DNA from: Candidatus Poribacteria bacterium
GTDB lineage: Bacteria > Poribacteria > WGA-4E > JAJDTR01
Assembly (NCBI GenBank): GCA_965222225.1
Contig: CBDCTK010000002.1
Location: forward strand, 5,120,001-5,184,000
Length of the DNA stretch: 64,000 nt
Direction of reading: 5' to 3'
Made by a program: the position numbers and the translations under genes. Position 1 is the first letter of the stretch. Every line of letters starts with the position of its first letter. The notes under the pieces were generated by a model. That model was not told the DNA's origin, did not search any database, and saw only the letters and a program-made list of their open reading frames with translations. Below are positions 19,595 through 30,131 of this stretch, in pieces.

Positions 19595-21046
19595 TTATGG
19601 AGTTTCCAGTTTCTGCTTCAGAATCTGGTTGACCATCTGTGGATTTGCTTTCCCTTTGGTAGTTCTCATGACCTGGCCGACGAGAAAACCGATTGCCTTC
19701 TTCTTTCCATCCCTGTAATCCTGCGCCGACCCCGGATTGTCCACGATGACCTGATCGATAATCGCTTCGATTGCTGACGAATCAGAGATTTGTGCAAGCC
19801 CTTTCTCTTCAACAATCTGGCGCGGCGATTTGCCCGTTTCAAAAACTTCCGGGAGAACAGATTTGGCAATCTTTCCGCTGATTGTTTCGTCCTTGATTAG
19901 ATTGATAAGTTCGCTGAGATGTACTGGCGTGACTTTCGAATCTTGAATCTTAAGTCCAGCGCTGTTCAGCAACCCCGACAAGTCTCCCATAATCCAATTG
20001 CTGCTGGCTTTCGGATCGTGACTCAAGCGTGCGGTTTCGTCGAAAAACTCAGCCATCTGGCGTGTTGCTGTTAAAAACTCGGCGTCATAATCGGGAATTT
20101 GATACGCCGTAACAAAGCGTTTTCGCCGGGCTGCAGGCAACTCGGTCAACCCAGAACGAGTTGCCTCAATTCTTTCAGGACTAACATTGGTGCGCACGAG
20201 ATCCGGCTCGGGAAAATAGCGATAATCGTGAGCCTCCTCTTTGCTTCGCATCGGGAAAGTTCTGCCTGCATCAAGATCAAACAACAACGTTTCCTGATGA
20301 ATTTCGCCCCCGTCATCCAAAATACGTGCTTGGCGCTTTTCTTCGTATTTTAGTGCTGCCAAAACGTGTTGGAACGAGTTCTTGTTTTTCAATTCTGTGC
20401 GCGTTCCGAACTCTTGACTACCGATAGGGCGCAAAGAGATGTTGGCGTCGCATCGAAAGCTGCCCTCCTCCATATTGCAGTCGCTGATGTTTATATATTC
20501 GAGGATTTCCTTGACCGCGCGCCAATAGGCAATGGCTTCATCCGGCGATCTCAAATCCGGTTCGCTGACGATTTCGAGTAGCGGAACACAAGCACGGTTG
20601 AGATCTACATAACTCCGATTCGCGTTGCCTGTTACATCCGAGTGAACCAGCTTGCCTGCGTCCTCTTCCAAGTGAATCTGATGGATACGTGTCCGATGGG
20701 ATTCACCCTCAAATTCAAAGTCGACATAACCGTTTCGACCCAATGGGGCGTATTTTTGTGAAATCTGATACCCTTTCGGGAGGTCGGGATAGAAATAGTT
20801 CTTGCGATCAAACGTACAGGCGGGCGAAATCTCGCAGTTCATGGCTACCGCGGCGCGGAGTGCAAATTCGAACGCTCCCTCGTTCAAGACAGGCAATACA
20901 CCCGGCATTCCTAAACAGATAGGGCATGTTCGGGTGTTGGCTTCTGTGCCAAACGCAACCTCACAATTGCAAAAGAGTTTGGTTCTCGTATTTAGTTCGG
21001 CGTGAATCTCTAACCCAATTACGGTTTGGTATTTGGAGTCAGGCAT
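19595..21046 (-). CDS. gatB: Asp/Glu-tRNA amidotransferase subunit B
   Basis: IGLEIH, RKNYFYPDLPKGYQISQ, HLEEDAGK, RCDANIS, DYRYFPEPDL. Confidence 0.97.
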   Translation of the reverse strand: MPDSKYQTVIGLEIHAELNTRTKLFCNCEVAFGTEANTRTCPICLGMPGVLPVLNEGAFEFALRAAVAMNCEISPACTFDRKNYFYPDLPKGYQISQKYAPLGRNGYVDFEFEGESHRTRIHQIHLEEDAGKLVHSDVTGNANRSYVDLNRACVPLLEIVSEPDLRSPDEAIAYWRAVKEILEYINISDCNMEEGSFRCDANISLRPIGSQEFGTRTELKNKNSFQHVLAALKYEEKRQARILDDGGEIHQETLLFDLDAGRTFPMRSKEEAHDYRYFPEPDLVRTNVSPERIEATRSGLTELPAARRKRFVTAYQIPDYDAEFLTATRQMAEFFDETARLSHDPKASSNWIMGDLSGLLNSAGLKIQDSKVTPVHLSELINLIKDETISGKIAKSVLPEVFETGKSPRQIVEEKGLAQISDSSAIEAIIDQVIVDNPGSAQDYRDGKKKAIGFLVGQVMRTTKGKANPQMVNQILKQKLETP

Positions 21047-21093
21047 GTTTTATTCCTACGAATCTTGCAAATTAAGCGGACATCTTTCTATTA

Positions 21094-22065
21094 ACCAATG
21101 GTGCTAGTTTGAAATTTGGAGGTTAATAAGCATAACATTCCCTTTTGGCTTTGCTTTAACGCGAAAGGTATCAGGGCATGAGACGATTTCCTCGATTCTA
21201 CCGTTAATTTGAGTATCGGTAGCTATCAAATAACGGGAGGAAATCTAGACTCATGACCATAGTAGATTTTATCACAGAACTGTTTTGTTGTGTTGATGAT
21301 AAACTCTCACAGCACGGTAAAAACCATAAGCATAGCCAAGCCAAACTTTATCCGTCTGAAGTGGTTATCATTGCCATGCTCTTTGCGCTCAAGGGTGTGG
21401 GTAATCGAGCCTCCTATCGCTGGATAGCGAACAATTTCAAATCCTTATTTCCGAAGTTACCCGAGCGTACCCGATTGTTCCGCTTATTCGACGGGCATCA
21501 ACATCTCATTGACGTTTTTATGGCGAATCCTTCGCTTATCGGTGGAATTGACACGTACGGTATTGAATTGATTCACCCGCGCCGAGAAGGGCGCTCTAAA
21601 CGTCAAATCGGACGCAAAGGCATTTCCAACCAACGATGGATTGTAGGTGGAAAACTTTGCTTGCTACACAATCATCTCGGACTGATTGTCAACTGGGACT
21701 GCGACACTGCCAATGTACATGATGGGAGTGCCTTCCAACATCTCGTTGATGGGGTCAGTGACCAGATGGTTGTTTTTGCCGATGTAAATTTCGCCAAAGC
21801 GGATTGGTTCCCTTCCAACTTGCGTCTGTGCCGACGTGGCGAGTGGAATTCTCGGATGCTGGTAGAAACGATTTTGTCCATGTTGACGCTAGTGTGCCAT
21901 TTTAAGAAAGTCATACACCGTCGTTGGAGTTACTTCAAAACGCGAGTCGGCTTTACAATGGCTTTGTTCAATCTCTTGGTACAGTGGAATGGATTGTCGA
22001 TTGACGACGATGGCTTTGTGCCTCTGTCAATAGCTCAATTCAGTCTCTAAACTAGCACCAAAGGT
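21094..22065 (+). mobile_element. Complete ~972-bp insertion sequence, IS982-like
   Basis: IRL ACCAATGGTGCTAGTTT (21094-21110) and IRR AAACTAGCACCAAAGGT (22049-22065), 15/17 match; TATTA direct repeat at 21089-21093 and 22066-22070. Confidence 0.85.
21253..22050 (+). CDS. DDE transposase (IS982-like)
   Basis: N-terminus ITELFCCVDD...LYPSEV; IDT, FAD, RMLVET acidic triad; stop codon lies within the IRR. Confidence 0.85.
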   Translation: MTIVDFITELFCCVDDKLSQHGKNHKHSQAKLYPSEVVIIAMLFALKGVGNRASYRWIANNFKSLFPKLPERTRLFRLFDGHQHLIDVFMANPSLIGGIDTYGIELIHPRREGRSKRQIGRKGISNQRWIVGGKLCLLHNHLGLIVNWDCDTANVHDGSAFQHLVDGVSDQMVVFADVNFAKADWFPSNLRLCRRGEWNSRMLVETILSMLTLVCHFKKVIHRRWSYFKTRVGFTMALFNLLVQWNGLSIDDDGFVPLSIAQFSL

Positions 22066-22232
22066 TATTATGTTTCTCTATGTTGGGATTTTAAGGTCAA
22101 AGGGCATTTTTTTCAGCCTATTTTGAAACGGCAGGTCCGAAACCTGCTGAGATGATATTCTCCTATATAGCTCAACCACACCGCAGCGAGTCAACGTGAA
22201 CGCCTATCTCTTCGCCTCTGGTAAGAGAGTTG

Positions 22233-22673
22233 CTAGTCAACGGAATCATTCAAACCCTCGTAAAGCGCCTGTGCAAACCCTTCAGAATCGTCTGTCCTGA
22301 TTCGGCACGTTTTGCCATTTTTCATGGTAAGTTCAATTGCCGAGAAACCGGAGATATTGTAGAGCCACCCTCGCGGCGTATATCGAATCCCCCAGCCATA
22401 GTACCAAGGATTCTTGACCTGCGCGTAACTCTCAACGTCACTTAACTGAATGCGTTTACGGATAACTCCAACCCCGAATTGAACGGTAATCACCCCTTCG
22501 CCGACCCTTACCGTCAACGTCGCGAAAAACACCAGAACTACCAGCATGACAATCAATCCGATTAAGGCATACGGTTCGGATCCTATGACTGTCAAGTAGC
22601 CCATAAACAGGATAACTGCGCTATACAAGATGACATGTACGTAACCAACTTGAGTATGTTTGTATTCTTTCAT
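22233..22673 (-). CDS. Hypothetical membrane protein (2 TM plus PH-like domain)
   Basis: Two hydrophobic segments, then WYYGWGIRYTPRGWLYN. Confidence 0.75.
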   Translation of the reverse strand: MKEYKHTQVGYVHVILYSAVILFMGYLTVIGSEPYALIGLIVMLVVLVFFATLTVRVGEGVITVQFGVGVIRKRIQLSDVESYAQVKNPWYYGWGIRYTPRGWLYNISGFSAIELTMKNGKTCRIRTDDSEGFAQALYEGLNDSVD

Positions 22674-22728
22674 CAGTTCTCGTCTCTTGTCCTCTGTCCC
22701 TGCTCCCGGCGTCAAAGCGTGTGGCTGT

Positions 22729-23833
22729 TCAGAGCAGAATCATCCCGCGTGCGACCATTCCTTCCAGCATATCGTTGAATGCGGTATTCACTTCCTCCAA
22801 CCGATAAGTTTGTGTGATTAATTCATCCAGTTTGAGGACACCGGCGCGATACAGCGCTAGCAGACGTGGCATATCGTATCGAGACCGAGATGAACCGTAA
22901 CAACAGCCTTTGACCGTTTTCTCGCCCCAGAACACCACCCCCGAGTCAAGGGATAGTGGCTCGCGTGGAGGTGCGCCCACCCAGACAGCAGTTCCCCCAT
23001 TCCGTATAGCGTACAACACTTGCTCGTAGGTCGTGCGCGTGCCAATCGCTTCAAACGCATACTCGACCCCTAACCCATCCGTCAGGGCATGAATTTCCTC
23101 TATCGGATCAACTTCGTCCGCATTAACCGTATGTGTGGCGCCGAACTCCCGCGCAAATGCCAGTTTCGACTCCAGCAGATCGACAGCAATGATTTTCTCC
23201 GCGCCAGCAATTGCAGCCCCTTGAATCACATTCAAACCGATGCCGCCTGCACCAAACACGGCGACACTACTACCGGGACGCACCTGTGCGGTATTGGTGG
23301 CGGCACACACCCCCCGTCGTAACGTTGCAACCAATCAGCGCAGCCTTGTCCAATGGGATATCCCGATCGATGGGCGCTGCACAGGTTTCAGGAATCACAC
23401 TGTACTCGGCGAAAGAAGCCACCGTTGCGAAATGATGAATAGATTTCCCGTTTTTCTTGTAACGCGTTGTGCCGTCCGGAAGGAATCCCTCCTTCTTTTG
23501 TCTTGCCGTTAAGCAAAGATTGGAGCGGCCTTGGACGCAATAAATGCAATGTCCGCAGGAGTCCATCCACGAAAGAATGACGTGGTCGCCAGGTTTAACT
23601 AACGTGACCCCGTTACCGACCTATTCAACCACTCCTGCGCCTTCATCGCCTAGTACCGTTGGCAAGGGGGGCTTAAGCAATCCGGTGACAACGTGATAGT
23701 AACTATGACATACACCTGTTGCCGCCATTTTGACGAGCACCTCCCCCTCTTTCGGAGCTTCCATCTCAATATCTTCAACGACAACCGGTTGGTTCGGTGC
23801 GTACAAGACCGCAGCTTTCATGCTTTCTCCCAT
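22729..23833 (-). pseudogene. Zn-dependent alcohol dehydrogenase (class III-like), disrupted
   Basis: In-frame TAG at 23621-23623 (GVVE*VGNGV); +1 frameshift in a G6 run at 23310-23315; CGHCIYC and GAGGIG motifs retained in the fragments. Confidence 0.88.
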
Positions 23834-24020
23834 GGCGTTTAGCCCCGACGTCGAATATCACGTAGGAACGGCGCGAATTCAACGTCTATATTCCCTCTCA
23901 AAAAAGAGCCTGTAGACCGTTTTGCTAACCTTGAAGAATACAATAGCGTTATTCCATCGCGGGCTATCTCAGCGACTCATTTTACCTGTCTTCCACTAAT
24001 CAGTCAATGAGAATCTCTGT

Positions 24021-24049
24021 TTGACTCCAGCTTTGAATTCCGCTATAAT
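24021..24049 (+). promoter_or_regulatory. sigma70 promoter
   Basis: TTGACT-N17-TATAAT, 31 nt upstream of the PCD start. Confidence 0.75.
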
Positions 24050-24080
24050 CAAGTAAATCCAAATTTTATGGGGGTACTTA

Positions 24081-24368
24081 ATGGCAACCAAGAAACTGAC
24101 GAATTCGGAGATTGAGACACACTTGGCAGGCGTCGCAGGTTGGACTATTGAGGGTGGTAAGTTACACAAGCAGTTCCAATTTGAATCTTTCGTTCAAGCC
24201 TTCGGTTTCATGACGAGCCTTGCCCTGATAGCCGAATCAATGAACCATCACCCGGAGTGGTTCAACGTCTATAACCGCGTCACAATTGACCTCATGACGC
24301 ATGACGTAGGCGGCATCAGTGAGTTGGACTTTCAGTTGGCGAAGGCGGCTGATGCCTTGGCGGGTTGA
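24081..24368 (+). CDS. Pterin-4a-carbinolamine dehydratase
   Basis: [19 protein letters not shown]. Confidence 0.93.
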   Translation: MATKKLTNSEIETHLAGVAGWTIEGGKLHKQFQFESFVQAFGFMTSLALIAESMNHHPEWFNVYNRVTIDLMTHDVGGISELDFQLAKAADALAG

Positions 24369-24384
24369 AACACCGATTCGGAGG

Positions 24385-25491
24385 CTACTTTCCAAGCATC
24401 TGGATGACTGCCGCTGCTGCAACCTCGGTATCACATAAAGATCTGATTGGTGCGTGTTGTTCCGTTAAAATCTGACGGATGTGCTTCTCTACGGCTTCAA
24501 TACTGTACCATCCGACCGAGGCGTGACGCATGATCTCGGGGTAGACGCGGAATCGCTTGGGTCGGCGTCGAGTTTTGTGGTCAATCGGGACGATGAAGGC
24601 GCGGCGTCCGCTGCTGGCGGCTTCGCAAACCATTGAAAAGCTGTCTTCGGTGACAAGAATCAGATCCGATAGCGCGAGGATCGCTTCAACAGGATTGGGG
24701 ATGGGACTTTCTCTGTCCGCCAACACCAAGATAGGGGAGAGGTCGGAATCCGATAGGCGTTGGCAGATTAACTCGGTCACTGCGGGCGGGGTGCGGCGCG
24801 AGGTGGTCAACAGAATCTGACAGTTGAGTTTTCCGCTGACCCCTTCTAAGTCGTTTATTAACCGCGTTGCTGTTGGCACGGTGATGGTATCGTAGCGGTC
24901 CTCACCGCCGATTAGGACACCAATTCTTGGGCGGTTCGGCACATTCAACTCCATCTGCAACTGTCTGCGCCGCGCATTTAGCTTGTCTTTGGAGACAGGA
25001 TTAGGGACGCCGATTGTCTTGCAGACGTGTTTTTTCTCTCGGCGGGGCCAATTCTCCTGCGGGAGTATGGCTAAATCGAAGTGGATTGTGCCCATGGGGG
25101 ATGGACGACGGCAGGTCACGCTCTTCGCACCGAAGAATTGCCCGAGAAGTAGGTTGATCGACGCTACGGAAGAACCGGTCGAGAGGACAAAATCTGCCTG
25201 TTTCGAGGCGAATATTTGGTTGAACGTCTCCGGTCGCAGCCCGGTGCGGAGTAACTGCTTTATAAACCAATGGGGTAGTTGAAAACCTCCGAGCAAGCAG
25301 ATTAGCAGTCGAAGAAAATTGTCGTGCCGCTTGCTGCGGAATTTGACGATTATCCACTGTGGACGGCACGCATTAAGACGCTGTATTACGCCGAGAGATT
25401 GGTTTGCGTGCCCCGCTTTGCCGTCACTGAGTACAATCGCGTCGAAAACCTTTTCCGCAACACCTATGTCTTCTGATTGCCCGTTTTCCAT
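24385..25491 (-). CDS. ELM1/GtrOC1-family putative glycosyltransferase-fold protein
   Basis: LSDGKAGHANQS, VLIGG, TTSRRTP, VTEDSFSMVCEA. Confidence 0.8.
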   Translation of the reverse strand: MENGQSEDIGVAEKVFDAIVLSDGKAGHANQSLGVIQRLNACRPQWIIVKFRSKRHDNFLRLLICLLGGFQLPHWFIKQLLRTGLRPETFNQIFASKQADFVLSTGSSVASINLLLGQFFGAKSVTCRRPSPMGTIHFDLAILPQENWPRREKKHVCKTIGVPNPVSKDKLNARRRQLQMELNVPNRPRIGVLIGGEDRYDTITVPTATRLINDLEGVSGKLNCQILLTTSRRTPPAVTELICQRLSDSDLSPILVLADRESPIPNPVEAILALSDLILVTEDSFSMVCEAASSGRRAFIVPIDHKTRRRPKRFRVYPEIMRHASVGWYSIEAVEKHIRQILTEQHAPIRSLCDTEVAAAAVIQMLGK

Positions 25492-25598
25492 TGTGAAGAT
25501 TTGTCGCTGGGTGGCGGTCCTCCTGCGTACAATCCGTGATGTAATTCCTGTCCCTGCTTCTATTTCACCTATCGCTGAGTTCGTATCAACGGCTGCCG

Positions 25599-26399
25599 CT
25601 ACTCTGCGATAGTATACTCAATCAATTCGGTAATCCCGTCTTCGTCCTCGATTTTCACCATTCCGACATCGGGCGCTAGCCAAATGTTCTGCACTTCGGT
25701 GCGGAGTAGTTCCTCCTCTTCCTCATTGACGACCGCCGTAACTTTGGAATCGTACTGGATTTTGAAACAGTCGTCGAACGTACCCGCCGGGGTTTCGACG
25801 GGTTCCAAGCGAGTGACAATCCCCGTGTTCACCCAATTGAGTTCAAACGGAAGAATGAAATTGCCCTGATCTCGGAAGACGACGTTTCCGGACGCCCTCA
25901 TATTGATGACTTCCCACTGAATACCGCGGGCGGGCGGAATGCGAAAAAAGATGAGTTCCTCTTGAGAAACTGCGTTCACATTAATCTTGATGTCTCCAAA
26001 CTCCTGATAACTTTCTCGAAGAAAATCCGCCAAATCTTCCTTGTAGGCTCGATCAATCTCATCTCCGACAAAGAAAAGGACACGATTTCGAGTTATCCGG
26101 TACGAAGGAGTCTTGAGGAAGTTAAATCGCGCGTCTTCGATTGGGGGATCGTAATTGAAGACGTGATAAAGGTGCAGACCAATCTCTGCGGTTTCCGTGA
26201 CTTCGCGCGCCCACTCAAAACCATCCGGGTTCCGGTAAACCCATCGACTCCCAATCGCATTTGGGTAGTAGTTGGGCGGTTCCTCGACAGGTCTTACGAC
26301 ACTTACCCTTGTTATGCCCTCTTCTCCATCTCCGCATCCAATAATCATGAACAGAAGAATCGGAATGCACAGCGTTCCGCGCAACAGTCGATTGCACAT
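25599..26399 (-). CDS. Lipoprotein of unknown function (paralog 1)
   Basis: IIG-C lipobox; YYPNAIGSRWVY, ETPAGTFDDC, WLAPDVGMVK. Confidence 0.8.
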   Translation of the reverse strand: MCNRLLRGTLCIPILLFMIIGCGDGEEGITRVSVVRPVEEPPNYYPNAIGSRWVYRNPDGFEWAREVTETAEIGLHLYHVFNYDPPIEDARFNFLKTPSYRITRNRVLFFVGDEIDRAYKEDLADFLRESYQEFGDIKINVNAVSQEELIFFRIPPARGIQWEVINMRASGNVVFRDQGNFILPFELNWVNTGIVTRLEPVETPAGTFDDCFKIQYDSKVTAVVNEEEEELLRTEVQNIWLAPDVGMVKIEDEDGITELIEYTIAE

Positions 26400-26515
26400 A
26401 TTATCTCTTCCCTCCTAATGTCGATTGAGGAATGTTCTCGGTGTGCTTGGGATTGGAGAGATAGGTCGCGTCACTTCGCAGACTTGTCAATGTACAACTA
26501 CCAATTATCTACCAA

Positions 26516-27385
26516 TTATCTTTCTTCTGCAAGATGGTACTCAGTCAATTCTGCCGTTGTCTCCGCGCCCTGTATCTTTACCGGTCCCACCCCTGGCGCT
26601 AACCACACCGTTTCCAACATTAAGTTCGGCGATAGGTGCGAAAACGCGGCTTCCAACTCTTCGCGGAGTGGTTTTTCACGATCTCGCCATAAATCCTCCC
26701 ATATTTCGCGGCCTCGCTCGTCGGTTCCCCACTTGAATTCAACAGATGTTTTCGTCTCGTACTGGATTTTAAGGCAGCCCTCAAAGCTGCCAGCGGGTGT
26801 TTCTACGGATTCATGGAGGCCCGCTGAACCTAATATTACCCAGTTGGCTTCAAATGAGTGTTTGAAACCGCCAAAGCCTTCACCTCCTCTTAGACTGATA
26901 TTAAGCGCGTCCCATCTCAAGCCGGCGGAAAGCGGAAGGCGAAGCACCGTTAATTCGCCTTCCGAGACAATTTTTGTCTTGTAGAAGTCCAGATAGAATC
27001 CGTCAACTTGCTGGATTGCTTGCCTGATGGCGTCATCAATCTCGTTTTCAACCAGAAGGAGAAGACGGTTGGGAGCTATGGCATAAGCAGGAGTTTTGAG
27101 AAACTCAATTTGAGCATCGTCTAATGGCGGAGTATAGTTGAAGACACGGTAGAGATGTAATCCGATTTCCATGGTATCCTTAACTTCGCGCACCCACTCA
27201 TAACCGTCAAGATTTCGGTAAACCCATCGGCTGCCAACGGTCATGGGAAAGTAATTGGGAGCGAGCTGGTCGGGTTTTACGCCATCCACGGTCTCTGTCG
27301 AGGTTTCCTCTCCTCCTCCACACCCGAAAGTCAGCAAGAGGACTAACGGCGGGACAACCACTCTGAAAAACCGGCACATGGACAT
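26516..27385 (-). CDS. Lipoprotein of unknown function (paralog 2)
   Basis: GGAGG before ATG 27385; TFG-C lipobox; YFPMTVGSRWVY, ETPAGSFEGC, WLAPGVGPVK. Confidence 0.8.
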   Translation of the reverse strand: MSMCRFFRVVVPPLVLLLTFGCGGGEETSTETVDGVKPDQLAPNYFPMTVGSRWVYRNLDGYEWVREVKDTMEIGLHLYRVFNYTPPLDDAQIEFLKTPAYAIAPNRLLLLVENEIDDAIRQAIQQVDGFYLDFYKTKIVSEGELTVLRLPLSAGLRWDALNISLRGGEGFGGFKHSFEANWVILGSAGLHESVETPAGSFEGCLKIQYETKTSVEFKWGTDERGREIWEDLWRDREKPLREELEAAFSHLSPNLMLETVWLAPGVGPVKIQGAETTAELTEYHLAEER

Positions 27386-27443
27386 TTTTACCTCCCTTGG
27401 ACAGTAGTTCATATTGCCCCCGATCAAAATAGAGCGCATCTTC

Positions 27444-28877
27444 TCAATTCCGGGAGACAGATTTGCTTTCTCTGCTCAATCGTGCCCGCAACTGCTCCAA
27501 TTTTGGGCTTAATGTAACAGAGTATTCTTCACCATCGGTTAGCGCCTGGTGGCGCGCGGGAAGTTTTGATAACTCCTCTGTTGCTCTGACTTGCAATTCC
27601 GTGACGGTAGGGAAATGGTAGACTAATTCCCCTTCACGCAGAATCGGCACAAGCAACGCTTCCCCTTCTTGAGGAGATTCATCCCACAAGCTGATCACAT
27701 CCCTTTCGTAACAGCCGTCGGCATCGTGGAAACGAAATACCTGCTTCCTTCCGGGTAAAGTCGATTTCCCCGGCTCGTCGCTAAGTTTCATTGTGGGAGT
27801 TACTTCAATCCCGTCAATACGCTCGACATGCTTATAAACGCCGGGCAATGCGGACACCCCGCCTTCACCCGTTAGTGGATTGAAGTTTGCGCCGGTCGCT
27901 AGCCGTGTCCCGATGCCGAACCCGTCAATCGGCGCATTCTGGTGCCTAAGTTGGTTGATTTTGAATTCGTCAAGGTCTCCGCTGGCAAAGATTTTAACAT
28001 AAAAAAGTCCTGCTGCATCAAGTATCGCTCGTACCTCTTGACTGAGCCTTAAGAGGTTACCGCTGTCAAGCCGCACCCCTTTCAAACGATAACCCTGCGT
28101 TTCCATCTCCTTTCCTACGAGGCACGCGGTTTTCGCCCCCTGAATCGTGTCATACGTGTCGATGAGCAACACCGTATTGTGTGGAAAGGATTTGGCGTAG
28201 GCGCGGAACGCTTCTAATTCAGTCGGTCGGTCCAGGATGAACTTGTGCGCGACTGTCCCAACACAGGGAATATCGAAATACCTCCCTGCAATAACCAAGG
28301 AAGTTCCCGCCACGCCGCCGATAAACGACGCTCGCGCCGCCAGAATGCCCGCGTCGCGCCCGTGCGCCCGCCGCGCGCCGAAATCAAAACATACACCGCC
28401 GCGCGCCGCGCGAATCATTCGCGAAGTCTTTGTCGCAATCAGTATTTGGAAATTCATGACGCTCAGGAGGTAGGTCTCGAACATCTGAACATCAATTGTT
28501 GGTCCAGTGATATTAATCAACGGCTCATTCGCAAAAACGGGAGTGCCCTCGGGGACGGCGTAGATGTCACCACCAAACTTGAAATGACGCAGATAGTCAA
28601 CAATATCATCGTCCATATCCTGCGCCATTTGACTCTCCCGAAGCCACGTCAGGTCGGCATCGGTGAAACGAAGGTTCAAGATGTAGTGAACGACTTGCTC
28701 CAGCCCGGCAACGATTAGATAGTGTCCCTGTGGAATTGAGCGCACGAAGTAATTCGCGGTACAAATCGCATTGTTTCCGTCATTGATGTCCGCCTGCGCC
28801 ATTGTCAGTTCATAAAAATCGGCATACAGTGCCATCTGCGATTCACTTAGAAGTGCGGATTTGGGAGGGGGATTCAT
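27444..28877 (-). CDS. pncB: Nicotinate phosphoribosyltransferase
   Basis: DFYELTM, DFGARRAHG, GTVAH, LIDTYD, GVRLDSG, ASGDLDE. Confidence 0.93.
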   Translation of the reverse strand: MNPPPKSALLSESQMALYADFYELTMAQADINDGNNAICTANYFVRSIPQGHYLIVAGLEQVVHYILNLRFTDADLTWLRESQMAQDMDDDIVDYLRHFKFGGDIYAVPEGTPVFANEPLINITGPTIDVQMFETYLLSVMNFQILIATKTSRMIRAARGGVCFDFGARRAHGRDAGILAARASFIGGVAGTSLVIAGRYFDIPCVGTVAHKFILDRPTELEAFRAYAKSFPHNTVLLIDTYDTIQGAKTACLVGKEMETQGYRLKGVRLDSGNLLRLSQEVRAILDAAGLFYVKIFASGDLDEFKINQLRHQNAPIDGFGIGTRLATGANFNPLTGEGGVSALPGVYKHVERIDGIEVTPTMKLSDEPGKSTLPGRKQVFRFHDADGCYERDVISLWDESPQEGEALLVPILREGELVYHFPTVTELQVRATEELSKLPARHQALTDGEEYSVTLSPKLEQLRARLSRESKSVSRN

Positions 28878-29120
28878 TGTTCAATTCTCTATTTTGGCGC
28901 CAATCTCGTGCCGGTCTATGTATGCCGTCATGCCAACCGTGAAGCTGATCAACTGTAGCCGGATTCTAACTTAGATTACCGAGGCAAGTCAACGCTTTTG
29001 TATTGGGAAAAGGCATAACTTACGCGGAGTTAATGCGTAAGAAGACAGCATCAAGGGGGGACGGGCTAGTACCTAAAAAAAGAGTGATTGGAATTTATGC
29101 GAATGATGTTGATACTGTAG

Positions 29121-29157
29121 AATCAAACGGCTGAAAAGGGAGCGCGATAGAGGTTCT
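29121..29157 (+). repeat. Dispersed GATCAA module (degenerate A+B)
   Basis: AATCAAACGGCTGAAAAGGGAGCGC-GATAGAGGTTCT, immediately after CTGTAG. Confidence 0.55.
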
Positions 29158-29427
29158 ATGGAGTTCCTTCTGCCGTACTATCATAGTAGTACGTAGGTTA
29201 GTCGGATATTCACGCAGAATTGACAGACCTATTAACGTCCTTAATGCCGAAATTAGGATTGGAAACATTGTGGTTGGCACTAGGGGTAGGATCGGAAAAA
29301 ACCGAGAACACGGCGGGCGCAGCGATGTTAATTAACTACGATATAAAATGAGGCGAGGAGAGTGTCTAGTGAAAGCATTCTTACCGACGGAACTATCCGA
29401 TATTTAGTTTCATCAATCTACTACGCT

Positions 29428-30033
29428 TTACATCTGGCGGAAAAGCGCGATGACCTTCCCTAAAATCTGCACGTTACTTACGATGATTGGGGGCAGTGCG
29501 GGATTCTCGGGTTGTAGACGAATTTTGTCCCCATCAATGAAAAATCTTTTGACCGTCGCTTCATCATCTAACAGGGCAACGACAATATCCCCTGCATCTG
29601 CGTGCTCCTGAGATCTGACAACCACGAAGTCACCCTCAAAAATCCCCGCGTTAATCATACTCGAACCTTTGACGCGCAGAGCAAAGCATGTATCGCCATT
29701 TGCCATATCGGTCGGCAGCGGCAAAGTTCCATCAATGTTCTGCGATGCGAGAAGTGGCGTACCAGCCGCAACCCGACCAACAATTGGCACTTCGATTGAT
29801 TTAACCGGCCCCTTTGACAGGAACTCCATAACCTCAATGGCTCGCGGTTTACCCGGCGCACGCCGGATATAATCCTTTTTCTCAATAGCACAAAGATGGT
29901 CGTGAGCGCCCTTCTCCGAAATCTCGAATTCTGCCGCAATCTCGCGGACAGTCGGCGGATAGCCGACTTCTTGAATCTGATTGCAGATAAATTTGTAAAT
30001 TCTCTCTTGTCGATGTGTTAATTTTTTTTGCAC
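29428..30033 (-). CDS. lexA: SOS repressor LexA
   Basis: GYPPTVREI HTH, RVAAG cleavage site, VKGSSM Ser, ATVKR Lys. Confidence 0.95.
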   Translation of the reverse strand: MQKKLTHRQERIYKFICNQIQEVGYPPTVREIAAEFEISEKGAHDHLCAIEKKDYIRRAPGKPRAIEVMEFLSKGPVKSIEVPIVGRVAAGTPLLASQNIDGTLPLPTDMANGDTCFALRVKGSSMINAGIFEGDFVVVRSQEHADAGDIVVALLDDEATVKRFFIDGDKIRLQPENPALPPIIVSNVQILGKVIALFRQM

Positions 30034-30102
30034 GAATTACCCCCCCCTCTAATACATTCAAAACCTGTCCATACAAAACTGTCCCGAGTCGAATACACTG
30101 AA

Positions 30103-30131
30103 ACTATACTATACACGGGTTAAGTTGTCAA
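30103..30131 (-). promoter_or_regulatory. sigma70 promoter of lexA
   Basis: TTGACA-N17-TATAGT on the minus strand. Confidence 0.75.

Noticed and set aside
25962-26984. 340-aa plus-strand ORF
   Set aside because: Antisense to two clear lipoprotein genes, Ser/Arg-rich, with no recognisable motif.
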